From Actinomycetota bacterium (GTDB lineage Bacteria; Actinomycetota; Thermoleophilia; Gaiellales; Gaiellaceae): DNA of 64,000 nucleotides. The stretch covers positions 5,095 to 69,094 of the forward strand of contig JBKPFU010000073.1 of the NCBI GenBank assembly GCA_046728975.1. The letters are read 5' to 3'. Position numbers and translations under genes: made by a program. Within the stretch, counting starts at the first letter, position 1. Each line of letters begins with the position of its first letter. The notes under the pieces are model-generated. The model was not told where the DNA came from, did not search any database, and saw nothing but the letters and a program-made list of their open reading frames with translations. Positions 56,345-64,000 of this stretch are shown piece after piece.

Positions 56345-56374
56345 GGCGCCAGTGTAGCGAAATGTTAGGCTTGC

Positions 56375-56911
56375 CTAAACTTTTGCGACGTGCAGGCCGG
56401 GCAGGTTGCGGTACCGCTCCGCGATGTCGAAGCCGTAGCCCACGAAGAACTCGTCCGGAACGACGAACCCGGTGTATCGCACCGGCAGATCGTCGACGAG
56501 CCGGCGATACGGCCGATCGAGCAGCGTCGCGATCGCGAGCGAGCGCGGAGAGCGCAGGCGGAGAACGCTGCGCAGGTAGTTGAGGGTGAGACCGGTGTCG
56601 ACGATGTCCTCGACGAGCAGCACGTCGCGGTCAGTGATCTCGGAATCGAGGTCTTTGACCAAGCGGACCCGGGAGTGCCCGCCGACCTCGCCGCCCCCGA
56701 ACGCCGCCAGCTCGACGAAGTCGATCGCGTGGCCGGTGGGAAGCTCGCGCGAAAGGTCGGCGAGGAAGACGAAGCTTCCCTTGAGCAAGCCGACCAGCAG
56801 CAGTTGACCCGCCTCGTAGTCGGCAGCAATCTCGGCGCCCAACTCCGCCACGCGGGCGCGGATCTCCTCGGCGCGCAGGTAGACGTCCCCGATTCTGGGA
56901 CCGGGGCTCAG
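56375..56911 (-). CDS. hpt: Hypoxanthine phosphoribosyltransferase (probable CTG start)
   Basis: PRPP motif VLLVEDIVDTGLTL and the C-terminal block VGYGFDIAERYRNLP. The first canonical start (GTG 56851) would delete the conserved N-terminal segment. In-frame CTG at 56911 forms a CTGA overlap with the upstream stop. Confidence 0.8.
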   Translation of the reverse strand: MSPGPRIGDVYLRAEEIRARVAELGAEIAADYEAGQLLLVGLLKGSFVFLADLSRELPTGHAIDFVELAAFGGGEVGGHSRVRLVKDLDSEITDRDVLLVEDIVDTGLTLNYLRSVLRLRSPRSLAIATLLDRPYRRLVDDLPVRYTGFVVPDEFFVGYGFDIAERYRNLPGLHVAKV

Positions 56912-57273
56912 CGGAGCTGGTACCGCTGCGCGAGACGCTCGAGATCGCGCTTGTAGAAGAGCTTGACCCGCACGTCGGGATAGCGCTGGCGCAGCTTCCG
57001 GAGCTTCTTGTTCTTCCGCGTGACGAGCGGCTGCCGCATCGTCGTGACCTCGAGGTAGAGATCCTGCTCGGGCAGGTAGAAGTCCGGTGTAAAGGCCTCG
57101 GTAATCCGCCCGGACTCGTCCTGTTCGAGGGCGAAGGTCCGCGGCTCATACGCCCACGGAACGCGGTAGTAGTCGAGGATCTGCGCGCACTCCCGCTCGG
57201 CGTCGTTGGCGAAGCGCGGCGGCTCTGTCCCCCGATATGCCTGGAAATCGCGCAATTTCGCGGCCGACAACAA
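56908..57273 (-). CDS. Hypothetical protein, possible PD-(D/E)xK nuclease fold
   Basis: 121 aa. FTPDFYLPEQDLYLEVT resembles a D...E.K/T-type nuclease core. The C-terminus is basic. Confidence 0.5.
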   Translation of the reverse strand: MLSAAKLRDFQAYRGTEPPRFANDAERECAQILDYYRVPWAYEPRTFALEQDESGRITEAFTPDFYLPEQDLYLEVTTMRQPLVTRKNKKLRKLRQRYPDVRVKLFYKRDLERLAQRYQLR

Positions 57274-57340
57274 GGGTAGCAGCGGGTTCGGATGCGGCCG
57301 TGGCGCGGAAATTGGTATACGGCAGCCCGCAATCGTACGC

Positions 57341-57949
57341 CTGATCCCCCAGAACCGAGCCTTCTTCGACCTCTACTCGCGCGCGTCCGCGAACACGGTC
57401 GAGATCGCTCGCCTTCTCGTCGAGCTGCTCGACCGGTTCCCCGATGACGGCGCGGAGCTGATCACGCGGATCAAGGAGCGCGAGCACGAGGGTGACCACC
57501 TCACGCACGAGGTCGTCGACCTGCTCAACCGGACGTTCGTGACGCCCTTCGATCGCGACGACATGTACCGACTCGCGGGAGCGCTCGACGACATCTGCGA
57601 CCACGTCGACGAGGCGGCCGACAACCTCGGCATCTTCGGCGTGGAGCGCGTCCCCGACAAGGCCCGCGCCCAGGCCGAGGTGATTCTTCGCGCTGCCCGT
57701 AACCTCGACGAGGCGATCGGCCGGCTCGAAGGCTTCAAGGACTCAACGGCGCAGCTGATCGAGCTCCGCCGCCTCGAGGACGAGGGCGATCGCCTCGTCC
57801 GCGACGCCATCGCCGAGCTGTTCCAGTCGGGGCAGGATCCGATCGCGATCATCCGCTGGAAGGACATCCACGAGCGGCTCGAGGAGGCGGTCGACGCGCT
57901 CGAGCGCGCCGCCGACGTGCTCGAGGCAATCCTGGTCAAAAACCGCTAA
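57341..57949 (+). CDS. DUF47 / PhoU-like Pit accessory protein (start uncertain)
   Basis: The conserved N-terminus ..IPQNRAFFDLY.. has no ATG/GTG/TTG nearby. In-frame candidates are CTG 57341, ATC 57332 and ATT 57311. TTG at 57206 would overlap the divergent gene by 68 nt. Confidence 0.7.
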   Translation: MIPQNRAFFDLYSRASANTVEIARLLVELLDRFPDDGAELITRIKEREHEGDHLTHEVVDLLNRTFVTPFDRDDMYRLAGALDDICDHVDEAADNLGIFGVERVPDKARAQAEVILRAARNLDEAIGRLEGFKDSTAQLIELRRLEDEGDRLVRDAIAELFQSGQDPIAIIRWKDIHERLEEAVDALERAADVLEAILVKNR

Positions 57950-58942
57950 TTGGAGGACATCCTTCTTGTCACCGTCGTGGTGGTGGCGCTCGGGTTCGAC
58001 TTCACGAACGGCTTCCACGACACGGCGAACGCGGTCGCAACGTCGGTCTCGACGCGTGCGCTGTCGCCCCGGCTGGCCGTAGTGGTCGCGGCGGTGGCGA
58101 ACCTCGCCGGCGCGTTCGTCACGACCGCGGTCGCGAAGACCGTCGGCAAGGGGATCATCGACCCGGCCCTCGCGACCTCCCAGACGGTTCTGGCGGCGCT
58201 CGCCGGAGCGATCACCTGGAACCTCCTCACCTGGTGGTTCGGCCTCCCGTCCAGTTCGTCGCACGCACTGATCGGGGGCCTGGTGGGGGCGGCGCTGGCC
58301 CAGTCGGGATCAAGCGGCGTCGAGTGGCACGGCCTCGCCCACAACGTCGCCATCCCGGCCGTGATCGCGCCGGCGATCGCCTTCGCCGGCGCGTTCTTGC
58401 TGCTGCTCGCGATCTACTGGCTGCTCGTCTGGATCACCCCCGGCCTCGCGAACCGCACCTTCCGGCTCGGCCAGCTCGGCTCAGGCACCTGGATGGCCTT
58501 CACGCATGGTGCAAACGACGCGCAGAAGACGATGGGCGTGATCACGCTGGCGCTCGTGACCAGCGGCCACCAGGAGGAGTTCGATCACATCCCGACGTGG
58601 GTGATCGTGGCCGCGGGCCTCGCGATCGCGGCCGGAACGTACGTCGGAGGCTGGAGGATCATGCGGACGCTCGGCCAGCGCGTCTTCAGCATCGAGCCGC
58701 CGAGCGGCTTCGCGGCGCAGGCGACGGCCGGCGTCACGATCTACGCCGCGACGAAGTACGGCTACCCGCTCTCGACGACACACGTGATCTCGGGCGCGGT
58801 CATGGGCGCCGGCGCGACCAAGCGACTCTCGGCCGTCCGCTGGGGCGTCGCCGGGAACATCGTCGCCGCCTGGATCCTGACCGTCCCCGCCGCCGCGCTC
58901 GTGGCCGCCGCGTTCTACTGGCCCGTCGTCGCGATCTTCTAA
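57950..58942 (+). CDS. pit: PiT-family inorganic phosphate transporter
   Basis: TTG directly abuts the upstream TAA. Signatures GFHDTANAVATSV and THGANDAQKTMG. Confidence 0.9.
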   Translation: MEDILLVTVVVVALGFDFTNGFHDTANAVATSVSTRALSPRLAVVVAAVANLAGAFVTTAVAKTVGKGIIDPALATSQTVLAALAGAITWNLLTWWFGLPSSSSHALIGGLVGAALAQSGSSGVEWHGLAHNVAIPAVIAPAIAFAGAFLLLLAIYWLLVWITPGLANRTFRLGQLGSGTWMAFTHGANDAQKTMGVITLALVTSGHQEEFDHIPTWVIVAAGLAIAAGTYVGGWRIMRTLGQRVFSIEPPSGFAAQATAGVTIYAATKYGYPLSTTHVISGAVMGAGATKRLSAVRWGVAGNIVAAWILTVPAAALVAAAFYWPVVAIF

Positions 58943-58963
58943 CGCGGACTTACACTTCGATTC

Positions 58964-59763
<800 letters not shown>

Positions 59764-59767
<4 letters not shown>

Positions 59768-60951
59768 AGGCCCTGGCGATCATCGACGGTGAGCACTACG
59801 CGCCCGTCGTGCGCGACGCGCTCGCCGAGCTTCCGTACGAGTTCGTCGGCGCTCTGCTCGTCGGCGGCACGGAGAAGCTGCGGGGCGACGACGGCTACGG
59901 CGTGCCGCTCGTGCAGTCGCTGGGCGACGTTTCGGCGGAGGTCGTCGTCGACCTCAGCGACGAGCCGGTGCTCGATCCGCGCACTCGCATGTTGTGGGCG
60001 AGCCGGGCGCTCGCGCGAGGGCTTCGCTACGTCGGGCCCGACTTCCGGTTCGAGCCGCCCGAGCTCTTGCCGCTCGTCTCGACGCCGTCACTCGCCGTGA
60101 TCGGCACCGGCAAGCGCGTGGGCAAGACGGCCGTCACGGCGCACATCGCCCGCGTGCTCTCGCGGAGAAGCAAGGTCGTGGTAGTGGCGATGGGCCGCGG
60201 CGGCCCGGCGGAGCCCGAGATCGTCGAGGTGCAGCCGACGCTCGAGCGCCTGCTCGAGATCTCGCGCGCCGGTGGCCACGCGGCGTCCGACTACCTCGAG
60301 ACGGCGGCGCTCGCCGGCGTGACGACGATCGGCTGCCGGCGCGCGGGCGGCGGGCTGGCCGGCCAGGTCTTCACGTCCAACGTTCGGCGAGGGGCCGAGC
60401 TCGCGGAGGCGCAGCGCCCCGACCTCATCGTGTTCGACGGCAGCGGCGCGGCGATCCCGGGCGTTTGGGTCGACCGGCGGATCCTCGTGGTCGGACCGGG
60501 ACAGGATGCAAACGAGTTCCTCAACCCGTACCGGGTGCTCATCTCGGACCTCGTGCTGGCACTCGGAGGCTGCGATCCCGGTTCTATTCGGGAGCTGAAG
60601 GACGTCCCGGTGATCGGAATCGACCTGCGGCTGCAACCGATGGAGCCACTCGAGGGACGGGTAGCCGTCTTTACGACCGGGCCCGCCCCTGTCGACCACC
60701 TCGGAGCCGAAATCGTCCATGTCTCGCGGAATCTCGCCGACCGCGCCGCGCTCGCACAGGAGCTCGAGACGCTCGAGGCGGACGTCTACCTGGTCGAGAT
60801 CAAGGCGGCGGCGATCGATGTCGTCGCCGAGGCCGCCTCGAGGCGGGAGATTCCGGTCGTCTTTGCGAACAACGTGGTCGTGCCGCTCGAGGGCGAGCCG
60901 AATCTCGATTCCACGCTGGAAGGGCTCGTGGAGCAGCCCGTGCGGTCATGA
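59764..60951 (+). CDS. cpgS: Cyclic 2,3-diphosphoglycerate synthetase-like protein
   Basis: 395 aa. GTGA overlap with the phosphoesterase stop. N-terminus KALAIIDGEHYAPVV and P-loop GTGKRVGKT, as I recall for archaeal cDPG synthetases. Assignment is from memory, not a search. Confidence 0.6.
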
Positions 60952-61853
60952 GCGAGCGCCGGCATCGGGAGCCGCTCCCACTTGGCGGAGAAGAGGGCGT
61001 CCCCTTTTCGAAGGGCCTCCTGGCGCGCCACCTTGTAGCCGCCGGCGTCCGCGCCGACCGGGCGTACGTGCTCGCGTCGCGCTGCGAGGCCGACCTCACC
61101 GCTTCCGGCCGCACCGCCCTGACGCTCGACCGGCTGGACGAGCTTGCGCTGGAGACGCTCGGGAACGAGCAGGGCGCGAACGTCGCGCGCCAGCTCCGGC
61201 TCTACCGGCAGGTGTCCGAGCTCGAGCTTCCGCTTCTGATCCTTGTCGGCGGCGCCACAGGCACGGGGAAGTCGACGGTGGCGACGGAGCTCGCCTATCG
61301 GCTGGGCATCACGCGTGTGACGTCGACCGACTTCGTCCGGCAGACGATGCGGGCGTTCTTCTCGCAGGACTTCATGCCGTCGATCCACTTTTCGAGCTTC
61401 GAGGCGGGCGACGCAGTCGAGGACGAGGACGATCCGAAGCGTGTCGTCCATGGGTTCCTCGAGCAGACGCGCAACGTGCTCGTGGGCGTGCGCGCGGCGA
61501 TCGAACGAGCCCTCCAGGAAGGCTGGTCGATGGTGATGGAGGGCGTCCATCTGGTGCCCGGAATGCTTCCGCCGGTCGAGGGCGCCCTCGTCGTGCAGTT
61601 CGTGCTCTCGATCGAAGACGTCGAAGAGCATGCGTCGCACTTCTGGATCCGCGACCACGCGTCGGAGGGCGTGCGGCCTTCGGAGCGCTACCTCGACTCG
61701 ATCGGCCACATTCGCACGATCCAGGACTTCATCGTCGAGCGAGCCAATCGCCACGGCGTGCGGGTGATCGACAACGCCGACGTGGAGATGGCGATTGCGG
61801 CTGCGATGAGCATCGTCCTGGACAGCGCCGAGCAGCTCGAGGCAGTGGGGTGA
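60948..61853 (+). CDS. 2-phosphoglycerate kinase-like protein (COG2074 type)
   Basis: 301 aa. ATGA overlap upstream. VPFSKGLLARHLVAAGV N-domain, P-loop GGATGTGKST, and TDFVRQTMR...PSIHFSSF blocks typical of 2PGK. Confidence 0.7.
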   Translation: MSERRHREPLPLGGEEGVPFSKGLLARHLVAAGVRADRAYVLASRCEADLTASGRTALTLDRLDELALETLGNEQGANVARQLRLYRQVSELELPLLILVGGATGTGKSTVATELAYRLGITRVTSTDFVRQTMRAFFSQDFMPSIHFSSFEAGDAVEDEDDPKRVVHGFLEQTRNVLVGVRAAIERALQEGWSMVMEGVHLVPGMLPPVEGALVVQFVLSIEDVEEHASHFWIRDHASEGVRPSERYLDSIGHIRTIQDFIVERANRHGVRVIDNADVEMAIAAAMSIVLDSAEQLEAVG

Positions 61854-62860
61854 CCGAGACCGCCCAGGAGCGTGAAGTCCGCGCCGAAGCCGGAGCGGCC
61901 GCGTACTGCCTGTGCGAGAGCTTCGCGCGGGTGACCGAGCGCGCCGCTCTTTCCGGCGCGCGCTGGCTCGGTCGGGACGACCAGGAGGGCGCCGAGAGCG
62001 ATGCGTCTTCCTCGATGCGTCAAGCGCTCGCGACGCTGCCGATTGACGGCCGGATCGTGATCGGCGCCGGAGGGCAGTCGAGCGGGCTGGAGACGGGCGA
62101 GCGGATCGGCGTGGGAGGGATGGAGGTCGACCTCGCGCTCGATCCCCTCGAAGGCCGCGGCGTCGTCGCCCGCGGCGGCACCGGGGCGATGTCGATGGTC
62201 GCGGTCGGCGATCCCGGGACGTTCCAGATGCTTCCCGACATGTACATGCGGAAGATGGCCGTCGGCCCACGCGCACGCGGGGCAATCGACCTGCGGCGCC
62301 CGATCGAGGACAACATCCGGGCGATCGCCGACGCCTTCGGGCGGAGCGTGAACGACGTGACGACGATCGTGCTCGACCGGCCGCGCCATCACGACCTGAT
62401 CGAGGAGATCCGCGCCGCGGGCGCGCGAATCAAGCTGATTCAGGACGGCGACGTCACTGCTTCGATCTCGGCCGCCGTTCGCGGAACGAACGACCATCTC
62501 GCTGTCGGGATCGGCGGCACGCGCCAGGCGGTACTTGCCTCCGCCGCGTTGCGGTGTCTCGGCGGTGAGCTGCAGGCTCAGCTCTGGCCGACGACGCGGC
62601 GCGAGATCGAAGCGGCGCGTGAGTCCGGCATCGACGATCCGGAGCGGATTTTCACGACGGAGGACCTCGCGCCGGGCGAGGTGATCATGGTTGCGACCGG
62701 CGTGTCCAACGGCGACATCCTCCGCGGCGTCCGTTTCCTCGCCGACAGCGCACGCACGAACTCGATCGTGATGTGCACGCGCTGCAACTGGGTGCGGTTC
62801 GTCGACGGGATCCACTTCTTTTCCCGCGAGCGGCGCGAGGACGTGCGCCTGCTCGGCTAG
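61850..62860 (+). CDS. glpX: Class II fructose-1,6-bisphosphatase GlpX
   Basis: GTG at 61850 forms a GTGA overlap upstream. Blocks VTERAALSGARWLGRDD, LALDPLEG and GGTRQAVLASAALRCLGG. Confidence 0.85.
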   Translation: MTETAQEREVRAEAGAAAYCLCESFARVTERAALSGARWLGRDDQEGAESDASSSMRQALATLPIDGRIVIGAGGQSSGLETGERIGVGGMEVDLALDPLEGRGVVARGGTGAMSMVAVGDPGTFQMLPDMYMRKMAVGPRARGAIDLRRPIEDNIRAIADAFGRSVNDVTTIVLDRPRHHDLIEEIRAAGARIKLIQDGDVTASISAAVRGTNDHLAVGIGGTRQAVLASAALRCLGGELQAQLWPTTRREIEAARESGIDDPERIFTTEDLAPGEVIMVATGVSNGDILRGVRFLADSARTNSIVMCTRCNWVRFVDGIHFFSRERREDVRLLG

Positions 62861-62869
62861 CATCGAGGC

Positions 62870-63169
62870 ATGCCGACAAGGGACGACGTCGTCGAGGCGC
62901 TGCGCCAGGTCGAGGACCCGGAGCTCGGTATGGACATCGTCGAGCTCGGGCTCCTCTACGACGTCGAGGTGGAGGACTCGAAGGTGAAGGTCGTCTACAG
63001 CCTGACCTCGATGGGGTGCCCGGCCGGACCGATGATCCAGCAGAACGTGGAGGAGGTCGTGCGCTCGATGCCCGAGGTCTCGGACGTCGAGACCGAGCTC
63101 ACCTGGGATCCGCCCTGGACGCCCGAAAAGATGTCCGACGACGCCAAGTTCATCCTTGGCTTTGGCTAA
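62870..63169 (+). CDS. DUF59 / SufT-like Fe-S assembly domain protein
   Basis: 99 aa. Blocks VEDPELGMDIVELGLLY and TSMGCPAG. Lies 9 nt after the glpX stop, with gagg in between. Confidence 0.8.
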   Translation: MPTRDDVVEALRQVEDPELGMDIVELGLLYDVEVEDSKVKVVYSLTSMGCPAGPMIQQNVEEVVRSMPEVSDVETELTWDPPWTPEKMSDDAKFILGFG

Positions 63170-63437
63170 CGGCGGGCGGTTCGACCGGTCATTGCAGACG
63201 GACGCGCGGGCACAGCCCGCACGTCCTGATGACGGCGCCGCAACCGGCGCCTCAGTCGGCTTCGGCTAGCGGGTTCGCGGGCTTCTGACCCCGCGCGAGG
63301 GCGGATGCTACCGGCGCTGCTACCGGCTAGGCGAGGCCGGGCTCGGAGGCGGGCGTCGATGGAGACGCGCAGCCCTCAACACGCGTGATTGAATCGCGTT
63401 CGCCGCCCAGCATGCGCGGAGGGACGAGAGGAGCAGA

Positions 63438-63932
63438 ATGGCGAGAGTAAGCCCGCCAGGAGCAGCACGCGACGAACTCGATGCGCTGCTGGATCGTCCG
63501 TGGGACCGTCCGCCAACCGCAAAGGACTGGGCGCGCGTGCTCGCCGCGCTGCCGCTCTTCTCGAAGTGCAGCAAGCGGCAACTGCGCACGGTCGCGCGGC
63601 TCGCCCGGTTCGAGGAGTCGCCATCGGGGCAGATCCTCATCCAGGCCGGCGATGCGCCGGATGCCTTCTATCTCATTCTCGGCGGCCGGGCGAAGGTGCT
63701 CGGCAAGCCGCATGCCCGCGTGCTCGGGGTTGGCGACTACTTCGGGGAGATGGGCCTGATCGACGGCGAGCCGCGCTCGGCCACTGTCGTCGCCGTCGGC
63801 GACCTCCAGGCGATGAAGCTACCGCGGCGGCCCTTCCTGAAGCTCCTCAAGCAGGAGCCCGGAATCTCGATCGCGATGCTGGCGGAGTTGGCCGGTCGGC
63901 TTCGCAGGGTCGAACGAGGAGCGTCCTCCTAA
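63438..63932 (+). CDS. Stand-alone cyclic-nucleotide-binding domain protein
   Basis: 164 aa. RBS gaggag. Phosphate-binding cassette GDYFGEMGLIDGEPRSATVVA. Confidence 0.8.
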   Translation: MARVSPPGAARDELDALLDRPWDRPPTAKDWARVLAALPLFSKCSKRQLRTVARLARFEESPSGQILIQAGDAPDAFYLILGGRAKVLGKPHARVLGVGDYFGEMGLIDGEPRSATVVAVGDLQAMKLPRRPFLKLLKQEPGISIAMLAELAGRLRRVERGASS

Positions 63933-64000
63933 GAGAGAGCGCGGCGAATGGACGTTCCGTAGTCCAGGGGTCAGACCCCCGGACCGGTCCATTTTCGCCT

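Noticed and set aside
57206-57949. TTG at 57206 as the DUF47 start
   Set aside because: It would add 45 non-conserved residues and overlap the divergent gene's 5' end by 68 nt. It is kept only as the fallback if non-canonical initiation is disproved.

Overview
This is a very GC-rich, gene-dense chromosomal segment. Its synteny looks like Actinomycetota (pdxS/pdxT-yebC-ruvCAB, recJ-relA, hpt, an RpoD-type sigma factor), possibly a Thermoleophilia/Rubrobacteria-like lineage; that placement is inference only. I call about 73 CDS, one tRNA-Met(CAT), one gene remnant, and several repeats, hairpins and palindromic sites. There are no rRNA genes, CRISPR arrays, transposases or integrases. Many neighbouring genes are joined by 4-nt ATGA/GTGA start/stop overlaps. 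Most long ORFs in the six-frame track are antisense shadows of real genes.

Main observations:
1. A translationally coupled operon links a PhoU-like/PiT phosphate importer and a metallophosphoesterase to homologues of the archaeal cyclic 2,3-diphosphoglycerate pathway (cDPG synthetase plus 2-phosphoglycerate kinase), followed by GlpX and a DUF59 protein.
2. There are three paralogous ~1000-aa class III cyclase-STAND ATPase-TPR proteins and two stand-alone cNMP-binding proteins.
3. A cupredoxin / 25-proline run / PASTA fusion protein is inserted between yebC and ruvC.
4. A secreted protein carries curlin-like Q/S/T repeats.
5. Next to the tRNA there are tRNA 3'-end duplications and a densely hairpinned orphan region.
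6. Several conserved genes have an N-terminus that lacks any ATG/GTG/TTG start. Two of these show CTGA or ATAG overlaps with the upstream stop codon.
7. A ten-gene overlap chain ends in an Mrp antiporter module with E-F-G-B'-B-C-D order.

All functional calls come from reading the translations by eye. No database search was run.
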